Below are positions 28,013-37,746 of a DNA stretch of 64,000 nt, one piece after another. Position numbers and translations under genes: made by a program. The stretch lies in NCBI GenBank assembly GCA_963664825.1, contig OY761614.1, positions 1,760,001 through 1,824,000 of the forward strand, written 5' to 3'. The first letter of the stretch is position 1, and each line of letters starts with the position of its first letter. The notes beneath the pieces are model-generated. The model saw nothing but the letters and a program-made list of their open reading frames with translations. It made no database searches and had not been told where the DNA came from. The stretch is from an uncultured Holophaga sp. Its GTDB lineage: Bacteria; Acidobacteriota; Holophagae; Holophagales; Holophagaceae.

Positions 28013-29371
28013 GTGGAATTGATTGAGCTTTCACGGATTTTCGACGGCCGACGGGCCCTGGAGCATCCTGTCGCCATCCTCGAGGGCCGGGTAATTCCCT
28101 TCGATAGGTTCGCCCGCAGGGTCGCAGCGGTGGCCGCCCAAGCCCGAGCCCAGACTACGGCCCAGGGCGGAGGACACTGGCTGCTGGCCTCGGAGGATGC
28201 CTGGGGTTTCCTGGTGGGCTTTTTCGGCCTGCTGCGGGCCGGGTGCAGCATCGCCATTCCTCCCAATCACCTGCCCGCCACCCTGGAACGGCTATCGGCC
28301 GATGTGGATGGCGTCTTCACGGATGTAGCCCCATGCCTGGGGGCGGGTCCCCTCTGGCATCCCATCCCCGAGGCCGGGGAGGCATTCCCGGATCCGGCTC
28401 CCCTGGCCGATGGGCTCGTGGATTTCTGGACCTCCGGGAGTTCGGGGGAAGCCAAGCGCATCCGCAAGCGCCTCTCTCAACTCAATGCGGAAGCCGTGGT
28501 GCTGGAAGAGACCTTTGGAGACCGCTTCCAGGGCGGGCCTGTGCTGGGCACCGTTCCCCATCAGCACATCTACGGCTGTCTCATCCGGATCCTGTGGCCC
28601 CTGGCGGCCGGACGGCCCATCGTCACCGAACAGTGCGGGGATCCCGACCGCTTCTGCGCGGCCCTCGAACGCTCCCTGGCGCCGGCCCTGGTGTGCAGCC
28701 CGGCCCTTCTGGCGCGCCTGCCCGATCTGGTGGACCTGGATCGCTTCAGTTCCCTGCCCTCGGTGATCTTCTCCTCCGGCGGCCCCTTGAAGACCGCTGA
28801 TGCCCTGGCCTGGCGGCGCTGGGTTCCCAGGGGGGTGGTGGAGATCTACGGCAGCACGGAGACCGGTGGCATCGCCTGGCGTGTGCAGTCTACGGATCCT
28901 TCCTCGGCCTCCTGGATTCCCTTTTCCGATGTCTCCTTCACCTTCGAGGCCGATGGGGCCCTGGTGGTGCGCTCCCCCCGGGTGGGGCCGGAACCCATCC
29001 GCATGGAGGATGCGGCCCAGCCTCTGCCCGATGGGCGCTTCCGCCTGATGGGGCGCCTGGACCGCATCGTCAAACTGGAGGAGAAGCGCGTCTCCCTGCC
29101 CGAGCTGGAGGCGGCCCTGGAAGCCCATCCATGGGTGGAAAGCGCCGCGGTGGTGCGGCTGGAAACCCCTCGGGTGATGCTGGGCGCCGCCATCGTGTTA
29201 GCCAAGGAGGCCCCAGGTCTGGAAAGGCGGGAGCTGGGGCTCATCCTTCGGCGCCATCTGGCCCTTTCCTTTGAGCCCATGGCGATCCCCAAGCGCTGGC
29301 GGTGGGTGGCCGAACTCCCCTACAACGAAAGAGGCAAGCTGACGCCTCAGGCCCTGGCCACCCTTTTCTGA
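28013..29371 (+). CDS. AMP-dependent acyl-ACP/CoA ligase (ApeH-like)
   Basis: TSGSSGEAK, TVPHQHIYG, EIYGSTETGG, GRLDRIVKLEEKRVSL and NERGK. Confidence 0.9.
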   Translation: MELIELSRIFDGRRALEHPVAILEGRVIPFDRFARRVAAVAAQARAQTTAQGGGHWLLASEDAWGFLVGFFGLLRAGCSIAIPPNHLPATLERLSADVDGVFTDVAPCLGAGPLWHPIPEAGEAFPDPAPLADGLVDFWTSGSSGEAKRIRKRLSQLNAEAVVLEETFGDRFQGGPVLGTVPHQHIYGCLIRILWPLAAGRPIVTEQCGDPDRFCAALERSLAPALVCSPALLARLPDLVDLDRFSSLPSVIFSSGGPLKTADALAWRRWVPRGVVEIYGSTETGGIAWRVQSTDPSSASWIPFSDVSFTFEADGALVVRSPRVGPEPIRMEDAAQPLPDGRFRLMGRLDRIVKLEEKRVSLPELEAALEAHPWVESAAVVRLETPRVMLGAAIVLAKEAPGLERRELGLILRRHLALSFEPMAIPKRWRWVAELPYNERGKLTPQALATLF

Positions 29372-29389
29372 GTGAGGAGCGCCTGCGAT

Positions 29390-29770
29390 ATGACCGCGTT
29401 GCCGAAGGTGGTGGGCCGGGAATCCGGTGTGGAAGAGCTGTTCGTCCTGGAGCTCGCTCTGGATGAGCCCGCCTTCCAGGGGCACTTCCCGGGCAACCCC
29501 ATCCTGCCCGGAGTCATCCAGGTGGATTGGGCCATCCGCCTGGGGACGGAAGCCTTCGGCCCCCTGGGGGATTTCCGAGGAATGGCGAACCTGAAATTCA
29601 TGGACCTGATCCGTCCGGGGGAGGTCCTTGAACTCGGTCTGACCCTGGATCGGGACCAAGGGGTGCTCGGGTTCCGCTACCAGTGCGGGGAACGTCGCAA
29701 ATCCGCAGGGCGGATCCTCTTTGGCCCGAGGGCTGTGCTGCCAAAATGCAATCAAGTTCAGGAGAAGTGA
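29390..29770 (+). CDS. FabA/Z-like dehydratase (ApeI-like)
   Basis: FQGHFPGNPILPGVIQVDWA and LKF..LIRPG. Confidence 0.88.
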   Translation: MTALPKVVGRESGVEELFVLELALDEPAFQGHFPGNPILPGVIQVDWAIRLGTEAFGPLGDFRGMANLKFMDLIRPGEVLELGLTLDRDQGVLGFRYQCGERRKSAGRILFGPRAVLPKCNQVQEK

Positions 29771-29772
29771 TC

Positions 29773-31356
29773 ATGCCCCGTACAATCGCGCCCACGAAAG
29801 AGTCCCCCCTCGACCCGCTGCAGATCGGGGCGGGGCGAATCCAGATCGAGGATGTGATCGAGGTGGCCCGGAGGGGGCGCTCCGTCGAACTCTCCCGGGA
29901 TCCCGCCTTCCGCGCCCGGGTGGAGGCCAGTGCCGCCTTCCTCAACGAACTCCTGGCGGGGGGCGGGGAGGTCTATGGCGTCAATACTGGCTACGGGGAT
30001 AACTGCACGGTGACCATCCCGCCGGAGCTGGTGGCGGAGCTGCCCACCCATCTCACCCGCTACCACGGGTGCGGGATGGGCGCCTTCCTGGAAGATTCCC
30101 AGGTCCTGGCAGTCCTGGTGGCCCGGCTCAATTCCCTGGGCCAGGGCTATTCCGCAGTCCGCCCCGTGATCCTCCAGGCCCTGGTGGACCTGATCAATCA
30201 CCGCATCCTGCCCCGGATCCCTTCGGAAGGTTCCGTGGGCGCCAGCGGGGATCTCACGCCCCTCTCCTACATCGGCGCGGCCCTCATCGGGGAGCGCGAG
30301 GTCACCTGTGGGGGCGAAGGGCTGCCCGCCGCCCAGGCCCTGGCCCAGGCGGGACTCGAGCCGGTGGTGCTGGCCCCTAAAGAAGGCCTCGCCATCATGA
30401 ACGGCACCGCCGTGATGACGGGCCTGGCCTGCCTGGCCTTCGACCGGGCGGAATACCTGGGACGGCTCTGCTGCCGCCTGACGGCCTTGGCCGGGGCCAG
30501 TCTCCAGAGCAACCGGGACCACTTCCATCCCCGGCTCTTCGAATTGAAGCCCCACCTGGGGCAGGCGGAGGCCGCGGGCTGGATCTACGAGGACCTGGGC
30601 GGTGCCGGCCAATCCGAGGATCCCGTCCGCCTCCAGGACCGCTATTCCATCCGCTGCGCCCCCCATATCATCGGCGTGCTCCGGGACGCCCTCCCCTGGA
30701 TCCGCCGGGATCTGGAAAACGAGCTCAATAGCGCCAACGACAACCCGCTCTTCGACGGCGAGAGGCGCCTGCTCCTGCATGGGGGCCACTTCTACGGCGG
30801 CCACGTGGCCTTCGCCATGGATGGCCTGAAGACCGCCGTGGCCAATCTGGCCGATCTCATGGATCGCCAACTGGCCCTGCTGGTGGATGTGCGCTACAAC
30901 AACGGGCTGCCCCAGAACCTCTCGGGGGCCAAGGGGCCCCGGGCCGCCATCAATCATGGCCTGAAGGCCGTCCAGATCGGCTCCAGCGCCTGGACCGCCG
31001 AGGCCCTCAAACTGACCATGCCGGCCTCGGTCTTCTCCCGCTCCACCGAATGCCACAACCAGGACAAGGTGAGCATGGGCACCATCGCGGCTCGGGATTG
31101 CCTGCGGGTGCTCGAACTCACCGAGCAGGTGGCGGCGGCCCTGCTGCTGGCCGTGGTCCAAGGCCTGGCCCTGCGCCAGCGGGAAGGGGGCCCCGTGGGC
31201 GCCTACGCGATGGAGCGCCTGTCCCTGGAGGCCAGGGCCTTCTTCGAGGAACTGGGGAGGACGCTCCCCTTCCTGGAAGAGGATCTGGCGCTGGATTCCA
31301 TCCTCCGGGATCTGGTGGCCGGCACCCAGGAACAGCGCTGGAGCCTCTACCGATGA
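29773..31356 (+). CDS. MIO-dependent aromatic amino acid ammonia-lyase (HAL/PAL/TAL family)
   Basis: VYGVNTGYG, GSVGASGDL (ASG MIO triad), KEGLAIMNGT, QDRYSIRC and HNQDKVSMG. Confidence 0.92.
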   Translation: MPRTIAPTKESPLDPLQIGAGRIQIEDVIEVARRGRSVELSRDPAFRARVEASAAFLNELLAGGGEVYGVNTGYGDNCTVTIPPELVAELPTHLTRYHGCGMGAFLEDSQVLAVLVARLNSLGQGYSAVRPVILQALVDLINHRILPRIPSEGSVGASGDLTPLSYIGAALIGEREVTCGGEGLPAAQALAQAGLEPVVLAPKEGLAIMNGTAVMTGLACLAFDRAEYLGRLCCRLTALAGASLQSNRDHFHPRLFELKPHLGQAEAAGWIYEDLGGAGQSEDPVRLQDRYSIRCAPHIIGVLRDALPWIRRDLENELNSANDNPLFDGERRLLLHGGHFYGGHVAFAMDGLKTAVANLADLMDRQLALLVDVRYNNGLPQNLSGAKGPRAAINHGLKAVQIGSSAWTAEALKLTMPASVFSRSTECHNQDKVSMGTIAARDCLRVLELTEQVAAALLLAVVQGLALRQREGGPVGAYAMERLSLEARAFFEELGRTLPFLEEDLALDSILRDLVAGTQEQRWSLYR

Positions 31357-31766
31357 CGCCGTCTCTGAGCGAAGAGGTCATCATCGAGGTGCCCTTCCAC
31401 GATGTGGATGCCATGGGAGTGGCTTGGCACGGCCACTACGTCAAGTACATCGAGATCGCCCGCACGGCCATGATGCGCAAGATCGGCCTGGACTACCCAC
31501 AGCTGAAGGATTCGGGCTACATCTGGCCTGTGGTGGAGTGCCACCTGAAATACATCCGCCCCCTCTTCTACGGTATGAAGGTGCGCGTGAAGGCCACGCT
31601 GGTGGAGTGCGAGAGCCGGGTGAAGGTCGACTACCTCATGACGGACGCCCTTACGGGTGAGCGCCTCAACAAGGCCTGGACCGTGCAGCTGGCCGTGAAG
31701 GCCGATACGGGTGAACTGGCCTTCGAACTGCCCCCTTCCGTGCTCGCCGCCATCCCGAGGTCCTGA
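31353..31766 (+). CDS. 4HBT-type thioesterase (ApeK-like)
   Basis: VPFHDVDAMGVAWHGHYVKY.E.AR. Confidence 0.88.
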   Translation: MTPSLSEEVIIEVPFHDVDAMGVAWHGHYVKYIEIARTAMMRKIGLDYPQLKDSGYIWPVVECHLKYIRPLFYGMKVRVKATLVECESRVKVDYLMTDALTGERLNKAWTVQLAVKADTGELAFELPPSVLAAIPRS

Positions 31767-31768
31767 TC

Positions 31769-32383
31769 ATGCCCAAGCGATTCCTCTCATTCTTGTTCCT
31801 GGCCGCCTGCGCCCTGCAGGTCCAGCGGGCGGAGGCCACCCTTCCGGAGGCGCTGACCGCCCACCTGAAGAACACGCCCCTGCTGCACGTGGAATTCACC
31901 CAGACGCGTCACCTGGCGGCCCTCTCCAGGCCCCTGAAGACCACCGGCCGCATGGTGCTCTCCAAGGACCATGGCGTCATCTGGCAGGTGCGCAAGCCTC
32001 TCAATCTCACCTACGTTGTGGGCCCCAAGGGCATGATGGAAGTGGGACCCGATGGCAAGGCCAAGCGCCGCTCCGCCCAGGATGTGCCCGTGGTCGCCCA
32101 GATGGGGCGCATCATCCAGGCCCTCCTCCAGGGGCGCTGGAGCGCCCTCGACGATTACTTCACCCTGCGGGGGGAGGGGACGGCGGATCGCTGGAAGATC
32201 GCCCTGGTCCCCAAGGCCCAGACCGCGGCCTTCCTGAAGGGCGTCCAGGTGAACGGGGGGCGCTTCATCGAGCGCATCCACGTGGATGAGGCCTCCGGCG
32301 ATGGCATGGATCTCCTGTTCGAACGGCCCCAGACCCAGGAGCCTCTCTCGGAGGCCGAACTGCGTCTCTTCCGGTTCGAGTAG
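31769..32383 (+). CDS. LolA-like periplasmic carrier protein (ApeL-like)
   Basis: Signal peptide, F.Q.R.L..L..PL...G and G..WQ..KP. Lies between the thioesterase and MMPL genes. Confidence 0.8.
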   Translation: MPKRFLSFLFLAACALQVQRAEATLPEALTAHLKNTPLLHVEFTQTRHLAALSRPLKTTGRMVLSKDHGVIWQVRKPLNLTYVVGPKGMMEVGPDGKAKRRSAQDVPVVAQMGRIIQALLQGRWSALDDYFTLRGEGTADRWKIALVPKAQTAAFLKGVQVNGGRFIERIHVDEASGDGMDLLFERPQTQEPLSEAELRLFRFE

Positions 32384-32386
32384 GCC

Positions 32387-34702
32387 ATGCGCACCCGGGG
32401 ATGGATCTGGACCCTCGCGCTGGCGGGGATGACGGTCTTCAGCGTCTGCCGCCTGGTGCGGGGGCAGGCCATTCAGACCGATCTGCTGGCCATGCTCCCG
32501 GAGACGGAGAAGAATCCCGTGGCCGAAGAGGCCGTCAGGTCCCTGGCCAAGGCCACGGGAGAACGGGCCGTCTACCTGCTCCGTGCCGGAGGCCCCGAGC
32601 GCAGCAAGGCCGCGGCCCTGCGCATGGCCGAGACGCTGCGGCACTCCGGGGCCTTCCAAGAGGTCACCGCCACCCTGCCCCCCATCGATCCCGGGATGGT
32701 CTCGCGTTTCTATGCGCCCTATGCCCCGCGGATTGCTCCCCCGGAGGATGGACTCCGAGCCGATCCGGCCTCCCTCAGGACCCGGATCGAGTCCCGGCTG
32801 GCCTCTCCCCAGGGCAGCTTCTCGGGCCTGGGGCCCGGGGCGGACCCCCTGGGCTCCTTCGATGATTTCCTAGGGGGGCTGCCCCTGATGTCCTCGCGGT
32901 TGGAGCTGCAGGATGATCTCATGGTCATCCGCGCCCCGGAAGGTCTCTACGTGCTGTTCAGCGGAAGCCTGCGGGGATCGGCCTTCGACCCCGAGGTCCA
33001 GGCCCGAGTGATCGGGGCCACCCGGGCCGCGGAAAAGGAGCTGAGGACCTCGTATCCGGAGGCCCAGATCCTCCGCACGGGGGCCGTCTTCTACGCCGCG
33101 GACGCCCGGACATCGGCGGAGTGGGAGACCAATCTCATCAGCTCCTGTTCCATGATCTCCATCGTCCTGCTCTTCCTCTGGTTTTTCCGCTCCCTGCGCC
33201 ATCTGCTGCTGGGGTTGCTGGGGGTGGCGGCGGGTTTCGTGGCGGCCACCTCCGTCTGCCTGCTGCTCTTCGGCAAGCTCTACCTGCTGACCCTGGTCTG
33301 CGGTGCCAGCGTGATGGGGGTGGCGGTGGACTATTCGTTCCTCTACTTCGCTAATCATCTGGGGGCCGGGGAGGCCTGGAACCCGCGCACCGTCCTGCGT
33401 AGGCTCCTGCCGGCCCTGAGCCTGGGGCTCTTCACCACGCTCCTGGGGTATGCGGCCCTGCTGGTGGCCCCCTTTCCAGGGCTGCGCCAGATCGCCGTCT
33501 TCTGCCTGGTGGGCCTGGTGGCCGCATTCCTGACGGTGCTCTGCATCCTCCCGGATCTGCTGCTCCGTCCCCTTCCCGCGCGTCCCCGGCTCTTCGAGGG
33601 GCTGGACCGCCTGCTGGGCAGGGGCGTGGCCCTGGCCCGCAATGGCAGGGTCCTGCTCGCCCTGGCCGTCCTGGCGATCCTGCTGATCGCTTGTGTGGCC
33701 AGGCTCCGGGCCGATGATGCCGTGAGAGGCCTGATCCAACCCTCCAAGGCCTTGCTGGCCCAGGAATCCCGGATCACCCAGATGACGGGGTTTTCCAATT
33801 CCGGCGTCTTCTTCCTGGTGGAAGGGGCCGATGAGGCCCAGGTCCTGGGGCGGGAAGAGGCCCTCCGGGGGCGGCTGGCGCCCCTGGTCCAGAGGGGTGA
33901 GCTGGAGGGCTTCCAGGCGATCTCCAGCTTCGTGCCCTCCCCCGCGCGCCAGGAGGCGAGTCTTCGGCGCCAGCAGGAACTGGCCCCCCATCTCCGCAAG
34001 GCTCTCGACGCCGTGGGCTTCCGGCCCGAAGTGGCGAAGCGCCTCCAGGACAACCTTGCCTCCTCCCGGCTCCTGACCACGGAAGCCTGGTTCCAGACCC
34101 CCTTCTCCGTGCCATACCGGATGCTCTGGCTGGGCAGGACCCCCCACGGGATGGCCTCCCTGGTCTATCCCACGGGGGCTCCCGAATCGGCCTCCCTGCG
34201 CCAGGCGGCGGCGGGCCTCCCCGGCGTGAGCCTGGTGGACAAGGCCGGCAGTGTCTCCGAACTCCTGGGCCACTACCGCCGCATCGCCAACTGGGCGCTG
34301 GGCGGGGCCATCCTGCTGATCGCCCTGGTGCTGGTCCTCGTCTACGGCCTGCGCTCCGGCCTGGCCGTATTGGTGCCGGCGCTGCTGGCGATCCTCATCG
34401 CCCTGGGGGGGAGCACCCTCACGGGCACGCCGGTCACCCTCTTCAGTGCCCTGGCCCTGATCCTGGTGCTGGGCTTCGCGGTGGACTACACGGTGTTCCT
34501 GAAGGAGGGCGGCCTGCAGGATTCCTCTTCGCTGCTGGGTGTGCAGCTGGCCAGCCTCTCCACGCTGATCTCCTATGGCCTGCTGGCCTTCAGTCATACT
34601 CCCGCCCTGCGGGGCTTCGGCCTCACGGTCGCCCTGGGCGTGCTTTCCTCGGCGTTCCTCTCCTTCCTCGCCCTGGCCCCGGAGTCCAAGCAAACGCCAT
34701 GA
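32387..34702 (+). CDS. MMPL/RND-type exporter (ApeM-like)
   Basis: Two TM bundles with G.AVDY motifs, TDLLAMLP, FPGLRQIA and TPALRGFGL. Confidence 0.88.
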   Translation: MRTRGWIWTLALAGMTVFSVCRLVRGQAIQTDLLAMLPETEKNPVAEEAVRSLAKATGERAVYLLRAGGPERSKAAALRMAETLRHSGAFQEVTATLPPIDPGMVSRFYAPYAPRIAPPEDGLRADPASLRTRIESRLASPQGSFSGLGPGADPLGSFDDFLGGLPLMSSRLELQDDLMVIRAPEGLYVLFSGSLRGSAFDPEVQARVIGATRAAEKELRTSYPEAQILRTGAVFYAADARTSAEWETNLISSCSMISIVLLFLWFFRSLRHLLLGLLGVAAGFVAATSVCLLLFGKLYLLTLVCGASVMGVAVDYSFLYFANHLGAGEAWNPRTVLRRLLPALSLGLFTTLLGYAALLVAPFPGLRQIAVFCLVGLVAAFLTVLCILPDLLLRPLPARPRLFEGLDRLLGRGVALARNGRVLLALAVLAILLIACVARLRADDAVRGLIQPSKALLAQESRITQMTGFSNSGVFFLVEGADEAQVLGREEALRGRLAPLVQRGELEGFQAISSFVPSPARQEASLRRQQELAPHLRKALDAVGFRPEVAKRLQDNLASSRLLTTEAWFQTPFSVPYRMLWLGRTPHGMASLVYPTGAPESASLRQAAAGLPGVSLVDKAGSVSELLGHYRRIANWALGGAILLIALVLVLVYGLRSGLAVLVPALLAILIALGGSTLTGTPVTLFSALALILVLGFAVDYTVFLKEGGLQDSSSLLGVQLASLSTLISYGLLAFSHTPALRGFGLTVALGVLSSAFLSFLALAPESKQTP

Positions 34703-35247
34703 GATTTCTCCGCTTCTTCCCCCTGATCGGGCTCCTCCTCCTGGGGGGCTGCCGCAATCCTGGTTCCGGCCCCCTCATGCTGGGCCGGGGTGTTTCCTTC
34801 GTGCTGCGCGCGCCTGCGGAAGGGCCCCGGCTCTTCTCGACCCGGGAGGTGCTCTTCCGCCTGCCCGGGGGCCAGGAGGAACGCCTGATCACCTCCTTGG
34901 AAAACGATGGAGAGCGCCTGAGCATCGTCTGCTCGAGCCCCATGGGGATGACCCTCTTCATCGTCCAACTCCGCCAGGGGCTCGTCACGGTGGATGCCCG
35001 CGTGCCCCTGCCCAAGGCCCTGGACCCCCGCCTCCTGCCGGCCCTGATCCAGCTCTCCGAATGGCCCCTGGAGGATCTGCGCAGGGGCCTCAACCCCGAG
35101 GCCTCCCTGGACGAGGAGGGCCCCCAGCGCATCCTCCGCCGGAAGGGGAAGATCCTCCTCATCCTAAAGAGGGAGGGGGCCCGCCGGACCACCCTGGAGA
35201 TCCCTTCCGTATCCATGAGCGCCGTCATCACTTCCCTCGATGAATGA
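34699..35247 (+). CDS. lipoprotein, DUF3261-like (ApeN-like)
   Basis: Lipobox LLGGC, SPMGMTLF and IQL..WP. Position directly after MMPL. Confidence 0.7.
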   Translation: MRFLRFFPLIGLLLLGGCRNPGSGPLMLGRGVSFVLRAPAEGPRLFSTREVLFRLPGGQEERLITSLENDGERLSIVCSSPMGMTLFIVQLRQGLVTVDARVPLPKALDPRLLPALIQLSEWPLEDLRRGLNPEASLDEEGPQRILRRKGKILLILKREGARRTTLEIPSVSMSAVITSLDE

Positions 35248-35324
35248 GGGCCCCGGCGGCTCATGGTAATTTTAATCCAGGAAGGGCTTGGGACAATCTC
35301 GTCCCGGGTCCATGGAGAACCGCA

Positions 35325-35771
35325 GTGACGCATCCCAGTGCAGCGCAAAATGATCTTTGGGAGCCCCTGGACTTGGTCCTTCATCGGCCTCCCATGCTCC
35401 TGCTGGAGGGCGTCCAGGAGGTCACCGAAGATAAATGCGTTGCGCAGGTGCGGGTGGATGGCCAGGCCTGGTACGCCCAACCGGATGGCGCCATGCCGGG
35501 CTGGTTCGGCATCGAGCTGATGGCCCAGACCATCGCCGTCTTCAGCGGAGTGCGCAAGCGCGAGGTGGGCGCGGCACCCAGGCTGGGCTTTCTCCTGGGG
35601 ACCCAGCGTCTGGAGTGCAGCATGGCCGCGTTTCCCGCCGGGGCCCTCCTCGAGGTCTCGGCCCAGCTCTGCTACCTCGACGAATCAGGACTCAGCGCCT
35701 TCACGTGTGAGATCCACCATCTCGGGAAGTCCGTGTCCAAGGCCACACTCAAGACCTACGAGCAGCCATGA
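35325..35771 (+). CDS. hotdog-fold dehydratase partner (ApeP-like)
   Basis: LHRPPMLLL, P.WFGIELMAQ and LGFLLGT. GTG start after GGAG. Confidence 0.85.
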   Translation: MTHPSAAQNDLWEPLDLVLHRPPMLLLEGVQEVTEDKCVAQVRVDGQAWYAQPDGAMPGWFGIELMAQTIAVFSGVRKREVGAAPRLGFLLGTQRLECSMAAFPAGALLEVSAQLCYLDESGLSAFTCEIHHLGKSVSKATLKTYEQP

Positions 35772-36514
35772 TTCCAGCGACCCACCCATCCCCTAGACGA
35801 GTCCTGGTCACAGGCGCCACGGGCAGCATCGGGGGGGCCATCGCCTCCCAGTTGGCCAGGGATGGCTTTCATGTCACGGTCCACTGCCGGAGCCGTGTGC
35901 AGGAGGCAGAGGCCCTGCGGGACGAGATCGTGGCTCGGGGCGGCCTGGCCGATGTGATCGCCTTCGATGTGGCGGACCGGGCCCAGGCCCGAGCCTGCCT
36001 CGAAGAACGCATCGCAGCCGCGGGGCCTTATTACGGAGTCGTCTGCAACGCCGGCATCACCCGGGATAACGCCTTTCCCGCTTTGACCGACGAGGACTGG
36101 GATCTGGTCCTGCGGACGGATCTGGATGGCTTCTTCAATGTGGTCCAGCCCCTCATGATGCCCCTGATCCGCACCCGCCAGGGTGGCCGGATCGTCTGCA
36201 TCTCCTCGGTCTCGGGCGTGACCGGCAACCGGGGGCAGGTCAACTACAGTGCGGCCAAGGCCGGGCTCATCGGCGCGGCCAAGGCCCTGGCCGTCGAGCT
36301 GGCCGGTCGCGGCATCACCGTCAATAGCATCGCGCCCGGGCTGATCGCCTCCGAGATGCTCGATGCGGTGACGCTGGAGCGCGCCCTGCAGGTGGTCCCA
36401 ATGAACCGGGTGGGGGCTCCTGCGGATGTGGCGACCCTGGTAGGCTTTCTCTTTTCCGATGCTGCCAACTACATCACCCGCCAGGTGATCGGCGTCAATG
36501 GGGGGATGGTGTGA
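35768..36514 (+). CDS. fabG: 3-oxoacyl-ACP reductase (ApeQ-like)
   Basis: VTGATGSIG, NAGITRD and GNRGQVNYSAAK (YxxxK). Confidence 0.92.
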   Translation: MIPATHPSPRRVLVTGATGSIGGAIASQLARDGFHVTVHCRSRVQEAEALRDEIVARGGLADVIAFDVADRAQARACLEERIAAAGPYYGVVCNAGITRDNAFPALTDEDWDLVLRTDLDGFFNVVQPLMMPLIRTRQGGRIVCISSVSGVTGNRGQVNYSAAKAGLIGAAKALAVELAGRGITVNSIAPGLIASEMLDAVTLERALQVVPMNRVGAPADVATLVGFLFSDAANYITRQVIGVNGGMV

Positions 36515-37740
36515 ATCGGCGCGTGGTCGTTACGGGAATGGGGGGAGTCACCGCCCTGGGGGATAGCTGGGAAGCTATCGAGGCCAATCTCAGGGCGGGC
36601 CGGAATGCCGTGCGCTACATGCCCGAATGGGAAAAGTTTGGGGATCTCCAGACACGGCTGGGAGTTCCCGTGGACCACTTCCAGGTGCCAGCCCATTATC
36701 CGCGGAAGAGCATCCGGTCCATGGGCCGGGTGGCCATGTTGGGGGTCCGAGCCACGGAGCTGGCCCTGGAGGATGCGGGTCTCCTGGGGGATCCCTCCAT
36801 CCAGGATGGCCGCTTGGGCGTGGCGTACGGCTCCTCCTCCGGCAGCCTGGAACCCATGCTGGCCCTGGGGACTGGGGTGGCGACGGGGAATTTCCGGGGC
36901 ATCAGCGCCACCAGCTACATCCAATCCATGAGCCACACCGCTGCGGTCAATATCGGCGTCTTCTTCGGCCTGAAGGGCCGGGTGATCCCCACCAGCAGCG
37001 CCTGCACCTCCAGCAGTCAGGCCATTGGATACGCCTTCGAAGCCATCCGCTATGGGAAGCAGGACATGATGGTGGCCGGTGGATGCGACGAGCTCAGCTT
37101 CTGCCACGCGGCCGTCTTCGATACGCTCTTCGCCACCAGTCTCAAGAACGAGGCCCCAGCCACCTCCCCCCGGCCCTTCGACCGGGACCGGGATGGCCTG
37201 GTGCTGGGCGAAGGGGGCTGCACCTTCATCCTGGAGGAGCGGGAGCATGCCCTTGCCCGGGGGGCCCGGATCTACGCCGAGGTCATCGGGTTCGGCACCA
37301 ATTCCGATGGGGCCCATATCACCCAGCCCCAGGCGGAGACCATGGCCGTCACCTTGAGTTTGGCCCTGCGGGATGCCGGGATTTCCCCCGATGCCATCGG
37401 CTGGGTCAATGCCCATGGCACAGCCACTGAGCACGGGGATATCGCCGAGAGTCACGCCACCCGCGGGACCTTCCAGCGGGCCGTGCCCATCTCTTCCCTC
37501 AAGAGCTTCTTCGGCCACGCCCTGGGCGCCTGCGGCTCCATCGAAGCCTGGCTGGGCATCATGATGCTGCGCACGGGTTGGGTGGCCCCGAACCTGAATC
37601 TCACGCATCTGGACCCCCGATGCGCCGAACTGGACTACATCCAGGGTCCTGGGCGCGCCCTGGACTGCGACGTCTTCATGAGCAACAACTTCGCCTTCGG
37701 AGGCATCAACACCTCTTTGATCTTCCGCTGCGAAAAGTGA
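36511..37740 (+). CDS. beta-ketoacyl-ACP synthase (ApeR/FabF-like)
   Basis: PTSSACTS, NAHGTAT, GHALGACG and NNFAFGGINTSLIF. Confidence 0.92.
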   Translation: MNRRVVVTGMGGVTALGDSWEAIEANLRAGRNAVRYMPEWEKFGDLQTRLGVPVDHFQVPAHYPRKSIRSMGRVAMLGVRATELALEDAGLLGDPSIQDGRLGVAYGSSSGSLEPMLALGTGVATGNFRGISATSYIQSMSHTAAVNIGVFFGLKGRVIPTSSACTSSSQAIGYAFEAIRYGKQDMMVAGGCDELSFCHAAVFDTLFATSLKNEAPATSPRPFDRDRDGLVLGEGGCTFILEEREHALARGARIYAEVIGFGTNSDGAHITQPQAETMAVTLSLALRDAGISPDAIGWVNAHGTATEHGDIAESHATRGTFQRAVPISSLKSFFGHALGACGSIEAWLGIMMLRTGWVAPNLNLTHLDPRCAELDYIQGPGRALDCDVFMSNNFAFGGINTSLIFRCEK

Positions 37741-37746
37741 TCTGAT

